Source: a virus
DNA: 64,000 nt
Virus record (IMG/VR): IMGVR_UViG_3300050821_013777
Location: 1 to 64,000 of that record
Reading direction: 5' to 3' (one strand)
Below are positions 1-8,418 of the stretch, piece after piece. Under the pieces are notes generated by a model. That model saw only the letters and a program-made list of their open reading frames with translations. It was not told where the DNA came from and did not search any database. The first letter of the stretch is position 1; every line of letters starts with the position of its first letter. Made by a program: the position numbers and the translations under genes.

Positions 1-10
1 GGAGACGCTG

Positions 11-223
11 ATGCCCGGCAAACAATTCGTGGCCGCCGGCCGGAAGAGCACCGCGAAAGCGATTCGCGATTTCCGTGCAGCGATGCGCAGCAAAGACTGC
101 CGGCGCGCCAGTGTGATCCTTGAACAGATCGAGACGGGCTACGCGCGACGTGCGACTGTCTACCAGCTCACGGACACGTTCTACGCAGCTGGGTGCTCTC
201 GCCCTTGGGAACGGAAACGCTGA
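11..223 (+). CDS. Small basic protein, CxxA...FxxxxC family
   Basis: GGAG before ATG, TGATG coupling; Cys pattern shared with 41588-41794 and 41795-42067. Confidence 0.6.
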   Translation: MPGKQFVAAGRKSTAKAIRDFRAAMRSKDCRRASVILEQIETGYARRATVYQLTDTFYAAGCSRPWERKR

Positions 224-456
224 TGGCCCTCAAGCCCAAGACGCGCATAAAGCTCACGTGCTCCGCCTGGTCGGGCGACACCGGCCGGGTCGAGAAGTAC
301 GTGCCGTTCGATTACTACTACGTGCGGCTCCGCAGCAGCGGCCGCCAGTTCGTGCACGCGCGCTGCGTGGTGCCGACGACGGCCCGCGGGCGCGCCTCGC
401 CGGAAGGGCGTGCGAAGTCGAGCGCACAGTACGCGGGCGCGCGTCGGAGACGCTGA
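223..456 (+). CDS. Small basic beta-rich (SH3-like) protein
   Basis: TGATG overlaps at both ends; GDTGRVEKY..YYYVRL pattern. Confidence 0.6.
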   Translation: MALKPKTRIKLTCSAWSGDTGRVEKYVPFDYYYVRLRSSGRQFVHARCVVPTTARGRASPEGRAKSSAQYAGARRRR

Positions 457-773
457 TGGCCGCGAAGCGCAAGGTCCGGCGCGGACTCGCCACGAACATC
501 CTGTGCGTGCTCAAGCACGAGGGGAAGGCGAACGACAGCTACTTCGCGCGCCGCTTCGGGTACTCGGTAGGGACCGTCGAGCGCGTGCTCCGGTCGCTGG
601 AGAACCAAGGGCTCGCGCAGATGGCGATGGCCGACCGCGGAAACTACTTCCTCACCCAGAAGGGTTGGGGGAAGGTCCTCCGCAGCAAGGCGTGCCCAGC
701 AGGGAAAAACTTCGCAGTGACGAGAGCGCACTCCGATTCGCGCTACGTGCCGATCGGCGGCGCGCGGCACTAG
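456..773 (+). CDS. Winged helix-turn-helix protein
   Basis: ILCVLK..FARRFGYSVGTVERVLRSLENQGL..YFLTQKG is a typical wHTH pattern; start at TGATG 456. Confidence 0.75.
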   Translation: MAAKRKVRRGLATNILCVLKHEGKANDSYFARRFGYSVGTVERVLRSLENQGLAQMAMADRGNYFLTQKGWGKVLRSKACPAGKNFAVTRAHSDSRYVPIGGARH

Positions 774-1072
774 TCGCTCTTCGACTCGACGAGCTTCTGC
801 GCGGCCCACCACGCGCGCATGTCTTCACGGTGATGGACGATCGCGTTCTGAATCAGATCGGCGTCTTCTTCGGCGGCACACTGACCGCACGGTTTGCCGT
901 GGTTGTCGCCGTCTTCGCGGCACGGAATCGGATTGGGCCGATGGGCTGGGCAGCGGAGATTTGGTCCTGGCAAGAACCACCAACCGATCGCTTGAAGGCC
1001 AGCGGCGCCGCCGACGCCGACCGCGGTGCTGGTGCAGCCGGGATGTTCGCACTCCCACTTGTTGAGCGCCAC
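770..1072 (-). CDS. Cys-rich Zn-binding protein with AxxxLxxS C-terminus
   Basis: CEHPGC, CPAH, CGQC; ends AAQKLVESKSD. Confidence 0.65.
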   Translation of the reverse strand: MALNKWECEHPGCTSTAVGVGGAAGLQAIGWWFLPGPNLRCPAHRPNPIPCREDGDNHGKPCGQCAAEEDADLIQNAIVHHREDMRAWWAAQKLVESKSD

Positions 1073-1076
1073 GAGG

Positions 1077-1424
1077 TCAGCCCTTCGACTCGGTGAGCTT
1101 CTTCTCAGCGAGCAGCGCGCGAGCGGTTTGGATCAGCGCGGGCAGGATCGACCTCGCGAGCTGGCCAAACTCAGGCCGCGCTCTGGCTCCAGTGTAGTCA
1201 CTCAATACCTCTCGACACCGCCCGCACACCTCTGTGTTGGTGAAGCCGAGGATTTGCTGTTGTGAGCTGGTGCTGGCTGCGATAGTCGCGCTCAGAAAGG
1301 CGCCGCTCATGTGGAAGTTGCACACGTCGCGGTCGCATAGCGAGCAGACAGCCTTGAACGAGCCCTCGCACAGCTTCCCGGCTGAGTCGGGGATGTCGCA
1401 CAGCCTGACCGTTCGCTCCCCCAT
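1077..1424 (-). CDS. Cys-rich Zn-finger protein with AxxxLxxS C-terminus
   Basis: CSLCDRDVCNFH and CGRC; ends AEKKLTESKG; resembles 55952-56341. Confidence 0.65.
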   Translation of the reverse strand: MGERTVRLCDIPDSAGKLCEGSFKAVCSLCDRDVCNFHMSGAFLSATIAASTSSQQQILGFTNTEVCGRCREVLSDYTGARARPEFGQLARSILPALIQTARALLAEKKLTESKG

Positions 1425-1993
1425 TAGTTGACCGTGAGCTGCTTGATCGCCGAGCGCAGTAGCACCTCGTCGGACGCAGTAGGATCCATCGCTGACACGA
1501 TCGGATCATACTCGTACGCTTTAAAACCGAGGTTCTTCAGCGCTCCTCGAACCGAGTCGAGCTTGCGACGCTGGGTGGGTGATAGCACAGGCTCCTGAGC
1601 CGCCGCGTTCTGAAGAGCTGTGAAGGCCGGCACCGCGACGCCCTGCGCAGCCTGCGCGTCGGCGTGCCGCTTGATCGCCGCATCCACGATCCGCTGCAGG
1701 TCCGCTGTGCGGTCCCCCTCGTGAACGATCCGGGCGACTCGTGCCTCGCGGCCGTTGAAGATCCAGCGAAAGAATCCTGCCACCGCTCCGTGCGGAACGA
1801 CGAGCAGGATCCCGGTGACCAGCATCGTGAGCGCGAGCAGCGTGGAGCCGGTCTGCCCGAGCAGCTTGCCCGAGATGCGCGCGACCAGCTCTCCGATGAG
1901 GCCGCACGTGCCGGCGAAGGCGTAGAAGAACGTGCCGAGCAGCAACAGGACGCCGATGAGGAGACGCTTGCGGGCGGGGTGCATGGTGGTCAT
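1424..1993 (-). CDS. Membrane protein with C-terminal RuvA domain III-like helical bundle
   Basis: 2-3 N-terminal TM segments; C-terminus SVRGALKNLGFKAYEYDPIV..DPTASDEVLLRSAIKQL matches the RuvA_C pattern. Confidence 0.65.
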   Translation of the reverse strand: MTTMHPARKRLLIGVLLLLGTFFYAFAGTCGLIGELVARISGKLLGQTGSTLLALTMLVTGILLVVPHGAVAGFFRWIFNGREARVARIVHEGDRTADLQRIVDAAIKRHADAQAAQGVAVPAFTALQNAAAQEPVLSPTQRRKLDSVRGALKNLGFKAYEYDPIVSAMDPTASDEVLLRSAIKQLTVN

Positions 1994-2040
1994 GGGGTTT
2001 GTCCTTTCTTAGAATCGGTAGGTAGCAGACGGCGTGCCAA

Positions 2041-3045
2041 CTAGCGCTTCTTCATGATCTTCGCTGTCGCTTGGGTGAGCAGCTCCTTGTCGCGCTCCTC
2101 TTGCGCCTTCACCGCGTCCATCGCGGCCCTGTCGATGTGCCTCGTAAAGGCGGCGCGAATCAGCCGCGTGAGCACATTCGGTGGAAGCGCGTCTACTTCC
2201 CACGAGCTGTTGCCGAACTTGGCGATGTAGTTAGCGGCGCGCGGATCGGCGATCTTGGCAGGGTTGGGCGGTGGGTTGTACTGCTTGACTTGGGCGATCG
2301 TGAGGCCAACTTTCTCGACCTGTAGCCACAGGACGCCGAACTCTTTGAGCCGAACGGAGATGTCGCGCACCATGTCCTCGCCGCTGGGGTCGTGGTCCCC
2401 GAGATACAGGACGACCGGTGTGCGGAGCGCCTGGCTGATGTTCTCGTGCATGTACTGTTTAGCTTCGCGCCGTTCCTCGTCGTCCTCATCGAGGCCGTTC
2501 GTGCGTTCGAGGCGCTCGTAGATGTCGTCATAGAGCGTTCGATCGGTCACGCACGCCGTCTTGATTCGCTCCGCCGACTCCTTCATGGCGCTCGCGCTGC
2601 TGTAGCCCTTGTTCACCATCAGCGTGGCGTGGAACTCGTACGCGATCGGTTCGAGCACGCCCGCGAGGGCTTGCTTCTCGACCCACAGCTCGACGTACTT
2701 GGGCTGGCCCTTCCATCGTGGCAGCCGGTACGAACGGAGCGCGGATGACACACGGTCCTGGAGGTCATCCCACTCGTTCGGTGTGTTGGGTTCGCGCCCG
2801 CGGTCCTCGATCGCGTCCCAATCGATCATGCCGGCGTAGCGTGCATCGGTAAGAAGCGCTGTCAACTTTTTGTACTCCGTGTCCTTGTTGGGGATGAGGT
2901 CGCGGCTCACGAATTGATAGTAGAGCTGGCGTGCGGTGAGCCGGAGCCCCTGCCCTTGGTACTCCTGAATGATCGAGTCCATCTGCTCGATCTTTTCGCG
3001 CGCGTCTGCGCGGAAGTTTATCGAACGGAATTTCTCCTTGGCCAT
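2041..3045 (-). CDS. wHTH + TOPRIM protein (topoisomerase VI-A/JetD-like nuclease fold)
   Basis: LTARQLYYQFV N-terminal helix, VELWVEKQAL, YLGDHDPSGEDM (DxD), WEVDAL; start MAKEKF at 3045. Confidence 0.8.
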   Translation of the reverse strand: MAKEKFRSINFRADAREKIEQMDSIIQEYQGQGLRLTARQLYYQFVSRDLIPNKDTEYKKLTALLTDARYAGMIDWDAIEDRGREPNTPNEWDDLQDRVSSALRSYRLPRWKGQPKYVELWVEKQALAGVLEPIAYEFHATLMVNKGYSSASAMKESAERIKTACVTDRTLYDDIYERLERTNGLDEDDEERREAKQYMHENISQALRTPVVLYLGDHDPSGEDMVRDISVRLKEFGVLWLQVEKVGLTIAQVKQYNPPPNPAKIADPRAANYIAKFGNSSWEVDALPPNVLTRLIRAAFTRHIDRAAMDAVKAQEERDKELLTQATAKIMKKR

Positions 3046-3286
3046 TAGGACTGCCCGCCCCGCATCATGGCTACCAGGAACGGGTCCGGCTCGCTGACGT
3101 GCGTGGGCTCCTCGGGCGACAAGGTGACCAGGGTGGGCTCCTCCGCGGCGGCGAAGGCGGCCTCCTCGACCAGGATGGCGTCGGGCCCCCGCCGGCTGCA
3201 GCTGATGCAGAAGCGGCAACCGTTCGCGTTGTCGAAGTTGACCAGCATGACGTCGGAGCCGCAGTTCGCGCACTCGCCGAGGCGGG

Positions 3287-3538
3287 TCATGACGAAGCGC
3301 TCCCGGCGTGCTTGGCGCGGAAGGCGTCGGCTTCGGAGCCGAGAGTCGACCGGCACCAAGTGCTGCCCTCGTCGGCGTACTCGCGATCAGCTTCGAGACG
3401 CGGACGGACCTCCACAGTGAACCCGGCCGGGTGCAATCGCACTACGCGCGCCAGATACACCCCACCAGCCACCAGCTCGCCAATGTCGTGTGTGTTGTGA
3501 ACTAGGATCGCAGTGTCGACTGAGATGTGACTCGCCAT
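3287..3538 (-). CDS. DEGxTW-family small protein
   Basis: GGAGG SD; contains YADEGSTWCR. Confidence 0.65.
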   Translation of the reverse strand: MASHISVDTAILVHNTHDIGELVAGGVYLARVVRLHPAGFTVEVRPRLEADREYADEGSTWCRSTLGSEADAFRAKHAGSASS

Positions 3539-3553
3539 GGTCCCTACCTCCAC

Positions 3554-3568
3554 GCCAGGAACATAGCA
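3554..3568 (-). promoter_or_regulatory. TGCTATGTTCCTGGC extended -10/operator motif
   Basis: Identical 15-mer also within 11006-11022 and 11205-11221; lies just upstream of the SD of 3287-3538. Confidence 0.6.
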
Positions 3569-3821
3569 GTTTCTGTGCCTGCGTCAACACCCCAGTTACC
3601 GCGGTGTCCCAGGCCCACCGTGCTCCACCGGCACAGTGTGTTCGAGAGCGAGTGTGCTGCCGCATTCACAGCAGTTGCGGAGTTCGAGTTCAGGATTGCC
3701 GTTCTCGGCCAGCTGCATCCCCATGAGGACCGTCCGCTGACGGAACTCGATCGGGTCCGCCCGAAGCCTGTCGTGGTCCTCAGCTGTGCACATTGAGATG
3801 TCTCTTCGGTAGGCCAGTATC

Positions 3822-4163
3822 TTAGCTTGAGGCCAACTTCTTGGCTGCCCAGCGCCAAGAGAAAAGCTCTCGGGCCGCAGGAGTGAGCTGCACGAGCCAG
3901 GGGCCCGCGAGGCGCTGCCCCAACCGCGGAGGGTCGATCCTGGTGCCCGCTTCTTGCTCGTCCTCCGTCACGAGCCCAGCGTAGAACGCCACGATGTGCG
4001 AGCAGCCCCCGCCGTCGTACTCGCCGGTCCCTGGATCGTCTTCGACGCAGCCCCCGCAGCTGCAGCGAACAATGCGACTCGACTCGTACGTAAGCTCGTG
4101 CCACATCTCGTTGTTTTTGAGCTGCGCGGCCTGGATGCGGATGCGTGCGAGCAGCTTCTTCAT
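3822..4163 (-). CDS. SWIM-type zinc-finger protein (paralog 1)
   Basis: RCSC...CSHI; ends LTPAARELFSWRWAAKKLASS. Confidence 0.7.
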   Translation of the reverse strand: MKKLLARIRIQAAQLKNNEMWHELTYESSRIVRCSCGGCVEDDPGTGEYDGGGCSHIVAFYAGLVTEDEQEAGTRIDPPRLGQRLAGPWLVQLTPAARELFSWRWAAKKLASS

Positions 4164-4468
4164 GGTGCGCTCAGCGCGAGCTTCCTGACCGCGTAGCGCC
4201 ACTCGAATTCTTCGCGACCTGCCTGAGTGAAGTTGACCGTTGCGACGCCGACGAAGCCCGGCTCAAACAACCCACGTACGTGATTGCACGCCTCATCGCG
4301 TGATGGCATCTCGATGTTGCTGGACACGTAGGCTATCGGCCCTCCGGCCATCGGCCCCCACCGACATGTACAGCGCAGCCGATCCCGCTCAACGCTCATA
4401 TGCACGTGTGATACCCGGTTGGTGTAGCCGGGATCTTCGATGACAGTCGCCAGGAGCAACCACTTCAT
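4160..4468 (-). CDS. SWIM-type zinc-finger protein (paralog 2)
   Basis: RCTC...CNHV; ends FTQAGREEFEWRYAVRKLALSAP. Confidence 0.7.
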   Translation of the reverse strand: MKWLLLATVIEDPGYTNRVSHVHMSVERDRLRCTCRWGPMAGGPIAYVSSNIEMPSRDEACNHVRGLFEPGFVGVATVNFTQAGREEFEWRYAVRKLALSAP

Positions 4469-4927
4469 TGGAGCCTCGCCGCGCGCCTCTTTGCGAAGAC
4501 CGCTTCGATCCTGCGCTCCTCTTCGGCCTCGAACGGGTCGAACAGCATCCGGTCGCGCGCCTCGATGCGAGCTACGGCTGCTGCGAAGCCCCGGTCCATC
4601 GTGAGCTTCGCGGCGCGTGCGCCGCAGGCCCGCCACGGCGTGCTGAGGTTGCCGAGCCGAACGCGCCGTGACGTGATGACATCGAGCGCCGCCGTGCGCG
4701 CGTCGGCGAGTAGGTGCGACTGGGCGAGCTTCGCGGCACGGTGGTAGGCGTTCCAGATGGTCATGGTCGTGGCCCCTTTCGTTTCTGGATGGACTCCGCT
4801 ATGCCCCACGCGAGCCAGGCGATGATCGAAACAGCAAGAGCGGCGCGACGAGCAGGCTCGTTGCCAGCGATCCTGAAGACGCTCCAGGCAAGGAAAAATA
4901 CGAGCCATGCGACTTTGAGTCTGGAAA

Positions 4928-5167
4928 TCATCGTACCTCCGACAGAATCAGCCTGCGCGCGGCTACCAGCGCGTCTCGCGACTCTTCATCGCCTCGGCAC
5001 CAGACGTAACCTTCATCACTGAGCAGGGCGAGACCCGAGATCGCGCGCGTGTCACCGCGCCACAGAAATGCGGTTGGTCCAGTACGCTCTACAGTTCCTG
5101 GGACGACTGCAGGCTCATGAAAGGCAGGCGCGGCGAAGATCTTGTCGCCTTCGACGACGGCGCTCAT
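4928..5167 (-). CDS. DEGxTW-family small protein
   Basis: SDEGYVWCRG..DALVAARRLILS. Confidence 0.7.
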   Translation of the reverse strand: MSAVVEGDKIFAAPAFHEPAVVPGTVERTGPTAFLWRGDTRAISGLALLSDEGYVWCRGDEESRDALVAARRLILSEVR

Positions 5168-5589
5168 CCTCCAGACTCCGCGAGCCGCCGAGCGGCTTCA
5201 GTCGCAAACACGTCTGGCGGGACCGGTCCAGTAGGTGGAATGGGATTGGTGGGAACGGACAAATCTACAAGCCCACGCAGTCGATGCACGATCGCGTGTC
5301 GGCTGTCGGTTGGCACTCCTGTGTACAGTGTGGGGTTGTAGTCCCACAGCAACGAGTCAGGTCGAAAAGCACGATAATAGCCGTGTACGTTGATGCCCAT
5401 GTACTCGGGCGGCAGTGTGCTTGCATCAACATAGTTTTCTGCCTGTGCCATCGTGTCGAACACGGCAATGACGGTGTATTCCTCAGCGCGCTGATAGACG
5501 CCGTTGGCTACGATGAGCCAGCACTCAGGGAGGACATCGATCATGGACCTGATCGTCTGTGCTTGCGTGAGGTACTCATGAACGCTCAT
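5164..5589 (-). CDS. Hypothetical protein with AxxxLxxS C-terminus
   Basis: ATGA-coupled to both neighbours; ends AARRLAESGG. Confidence 0.65.
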   Translation of the reverse strand: MSVHEYLTQAQTIRSMIDVLPECWLIVANGVYQRAEEYTVIAVFDTMAQAENYVDASTLPPEYMGINVHGYYRAFRPDSLLWDYNPTLYTGVPTDSRHAIVHRLRGLVDLSVPTNPIPPTGPVPPDVFATEAARRLAESGG

Positions 5590-5999
5590 TGGGAAGACTC
5601 CTGCAGTAGCCGCTGCGAAACGAGATGGCCGAAGAGCTGCTGGCCGATGGGAGTGAGATCTGCGAGGTAGATGGAATCGGGTCCGTCCGGTGCGCGCACG
5701 AGCTGAGAGTTCTGCCTGGTCGTGAGGCGCCCGGTGATGAGCGCGGCGAGATGCCAACATGGTGAGGGGAGTGTCTCGCCGATCGGCCAGCAGATGTACT
5801 CGCCGGAGCCGCAGCTGCAACGAAGCGTCTGTCGCTTGTACTTCCGCGACGGCGGGTAGAGCGCGATGTCGAGCGGACGCAGATCGACGATATTTTCGTA
5901 GCGTATGTCCTTGTCGGATGGAACCCAGTACGTGGCCACGAGCGCGTAGCGAGAAACCCGCCCCGACTTCGTTACGTACGCTCCCCGGCGACGACTCAT
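5586..5999 (-). CDS. SWIM-type zinc-finger protein (paralog 3)
   Basis: RCSC...PCWHL; LTPIGQQLF; ends SQRLLQESSQ. Confidence 0.7.
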   Translation of the reverse strand: MSRRRGAYVTKSGRVSRYALVATYWVPSDKDIRYENIVDLRPLDIALYPPSRKYKRQTLRCSCGSGEYICWPIGETLPSPCWHLAALITGRLTTRQNSQLVRAPDGPDSIYLADLTPIGQQLFGHLVSQRLLQESSQ

Positions 6000-6289
6000 T
6001 GAGATGACGCATGCAGGAGATAGGCGGCGATCAGGGTGCTGCGCGTGAGGAGATCTTCATTCATCTCCCACTTGATGCCACGCTCCTGCGCGAAACAGAC
6101 TGTCCTGTAGCCTCCGTCACCGATGTCGTCGAGCTGCACAGCGAAGGCGATCCAGCCGTAGCTGTTGCCGTTGCCGTTGCTCACCTCGCTGCCGAGGACA
6201 GTTACGGACCCTGTGCGCGTCTCGACCGGCGAGTCGGTGGGCAGATAGATGGTCGACACGCGCGACCCGACGACGACAGGGAGAGCCAT
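5996..6289 (-). CDS. Divergent DEGxTW-family protein
   Basis: VGSRVST N-terminus, QERGIKW, TLIAAYLLHAS. Confidence 0.6.
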   Translation of the reverse strand: MALPVVVGSRVSTIYLPTDSPVETRTGSVTVLGSEVSNGNGNSYGWIAFAVQLDDIGDGGYRTVCFAQERGIKWEMNEDLLTRSTLIAAYLLHASSQ

Positions 6290-6303
6290 GGGAGGTCCAG
6301 TCC

Positions 6304-6726
6304 TCAGCGATACATCATGAAGGGCATCATCGAGCCAGGGAACTGCGCCGCGAATGCGGCTACCCGCAGCTCACGGGGCAGCTTCGCGCGCTTCACGGCA
6401 ACCGCCGCCTGCCGAAGGCATTTGACCACGCGGTCCTCGTGCTCCTTGTCGCGTGCGCGATCGGCCTTCGCTTTGTCGAGCCTGCGCTTACGATCCTCGG
6501 CGGCGACGGCCCGTTTGAGCGCCGTGACGGCCTTGCCTGTCCAGCCGCGGACCCAAGTCTTGCCTTCGAAGTCCAGCCTGAGGCTAAAGTCCGGAGTAAA
6601 CGCGTTGCGACCGTCATCGTCTTGGGTTGTCGTCGTCCGCCCGAACGTCCGACCGCCACCGTTTTCGTTGGGGACTGTGTGCGTTATCTTCGTCCCCTTC
6701 GCGACCTTGATCTCTCTCGTGTCCAT
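6304..6726 (-). CDS. DEGxTW-family protein with helical extension
   Basis: KGTKIT N-terminus; FEGKTWVRGW; GGAG SD. Confidence 0.7.
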   Translation of the reverse strand: MDTREIKVAKGTKITHTVPNENGGGRTFGRTTTTQDDDGRNAFTPDFSLRLDFEGKTWVRGWTGKAVTALKRAVAAEDRKRRLDKAKADRARDKEHEDRVVKCLRQAAVAVKRAKLPRELRVAAFAAQFPGSMMPFMMYR

Positions 6727-6750
6727 GTTCGTCTCCTCTGTTTGGGCGCT

Positions 6751-7278
6751 CTACACTGACTCCTGCAGCATCTTCGCGGCGACCACGCTCCTGCGCAGCA
6801 GTGGGTCCTTTTTCGCGGCGCGGAGCTTGGTCTGGTCGAGACCGATTGCGCCTGCCCACTCCGGAACGAACAGCCGTTCTTCGTCATGCTTGCTGATGAT
6901 GGATGGCTGCTGCACCCAGCCCTTGCCATTGACGTACTTCGCTGGTTGCACAGTCTCTGTCTGGACCGTCCAGGTAATGCGCTTGATCCTGACGCCCGCG
7001 GCTGCGAATCGCGCTGCCTGTACGACGTCCACTTCTGACCAGCCGGTTCGTTCGAGCAGCTTGACGCGCTCCTCGGGCGTGCGGCGCTTGATCTTACCGC
7101 GCCGTATGATCGCCGGGGCCTTCTCATCGAGCAAGGCGCGCACGCGACGCAGCTCTTTGAGCACGCGCTGACGGGCGTGGCGCCGAGCGATAGGGCGGGC
7201 GGCTGTGCCACCGACTGTGCGAAGGCTGCGCGCGAGTTGCTTGAGGGCGTCGTCGAACTGGGTGTCGTTGGTTTTCAT
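6751..7278 (-). CDS. Hypothetical protein, FVPxWA family
   Basis: LFVPEWA..LRAAKKDPLLRRSVVAAKMLQES. Confidence 0.65.
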   Translation of the reverse strand: MKTNDTQFDDALKQLARSLRTVGGTAARPIARRHARQRVLKELRRVRALLDEKAPAIIRRGKIKRRTPEERVKLLERTGWSEVDVVQAARFAAAGVRIKRITWTVQTETVQPAKYVNGKGWVQQPSIISKHDEERLFVPEWAGAIGLDQTKLRAAKKDPLLRRSVVAAKMLQESV

Positions 7279-7932
7279 GGCAGCTTAGCTCCGACTGGAA
7301 GACCCTTCAGGCGTACTGCCAACTCGCGCAACACCACTCGTGGGGGCGCCGTGGTGCTAACCAGGTCACCTCGACGCAGCAGCGTCACCTTCTTCGTATC
7401 TAGGTGATTTGCGTGAACGAGCAGTGAATTGTATGCACCGTTCGCCACAGGCAGGTGTGCACGCACGCGCACGATGTACCTGAGTGCGCGCAGCACCAGG
7501 AACGGATGCCGTGGGAATGCTGCCCGTAACTGCTCGGCATGCTCGCTGTGGGTTTTCATGGCAGCACAGTCTCGATTGCAGTTTCGGGGCCAGCCAGGTA
7601 CATGACGGCGAGCAGCTCGTCGAGCTTGGCGAGACGTTCGGGCAGGGGCATCGCGCCGAGTTTGATGCACGCGGCGACCCGTTGTGTGGGCGGAAGGTCA
7701 CTCGGAATCAGCCACGCGAGTGCCGGATGGACCCACAGCCACTTGTCGCCTTTGTGGTCGTCGTGCCCGGTCCTCGGCTCGAACCCAGCGGCTCGAACCA
7801 TCTGACGGTACATCTCGATGATCTGCAACGGTACGAGACCCTGCGCGCGAAAGACGCTCGCGTCGAACCCGCGTGGGTTGCCGCAGTTGCAGTACCACGC
7901 AGGGCCGGTCTTCTCGCGATACGCGCCGGGCT

Positions 7933-8418
7933 TCACACCTCACCTCGCAGCAGCAGCTCGGCGGTGAGGCTGTCCTGCAGCTCAGAGTCGAGCGCGACCT
8001 CCTGTAGCCGTCCCAGCCTTCGCGCCTCGACTGCCCACGCCGGCACGAACGCGCCGAGCGCGGACTTGTCGACAGAAACACCCGCTGCGAGCATCTCGTC
8101 GAGCGCTATTGACCTGTCGATATCTTCAGGATGGGCGAAGTGCGTGTAGTGCATGCGGTGAAGCTCCATCAGCCTCCTCATGAACGGCTCGGCAGCGAGC
8201 ATGACAGGCACACCCGTGGCCTTGAGACCCCCTTTCTCGATCAGTGTTTCCGCTGCCCTGATGGCAGGGAGGGCGAACGAGAGCTGGTGCTTGATGGACT
8301 GTATCCCAGACCCACCGTGCTCGCGGCTGATGTACGCCATCGCGAACAGCGCGAGGCGCACGTGCCCCCGGTCGAGGGCCTTGTTGATCAGTTCGGGAGC
8401 GCGCGCCGACCGGTTCAC
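7933..8418 (-). CDS. Hypothetical protein, FVPxWA family
   Basis: GTGA overlap with the vWA gene; AFVPAWA..LQEVALDSELQDSLTAELLL. Confidence 0.6.
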   Translation of the reverse strand: MNRSARAPELINKALDRGHVRLALFAMAYISREHGGSGIQSIKHQLSFALPAIRAAETLIEKGGLKATGVPVMLAAEPFMRRLMELHRMHYTHFAHPEDIDRSIALDEMLAAGVSVDKSALGAFVPAWAVEARRLGRLQEVALDSELQDSLTAELLLRGEV

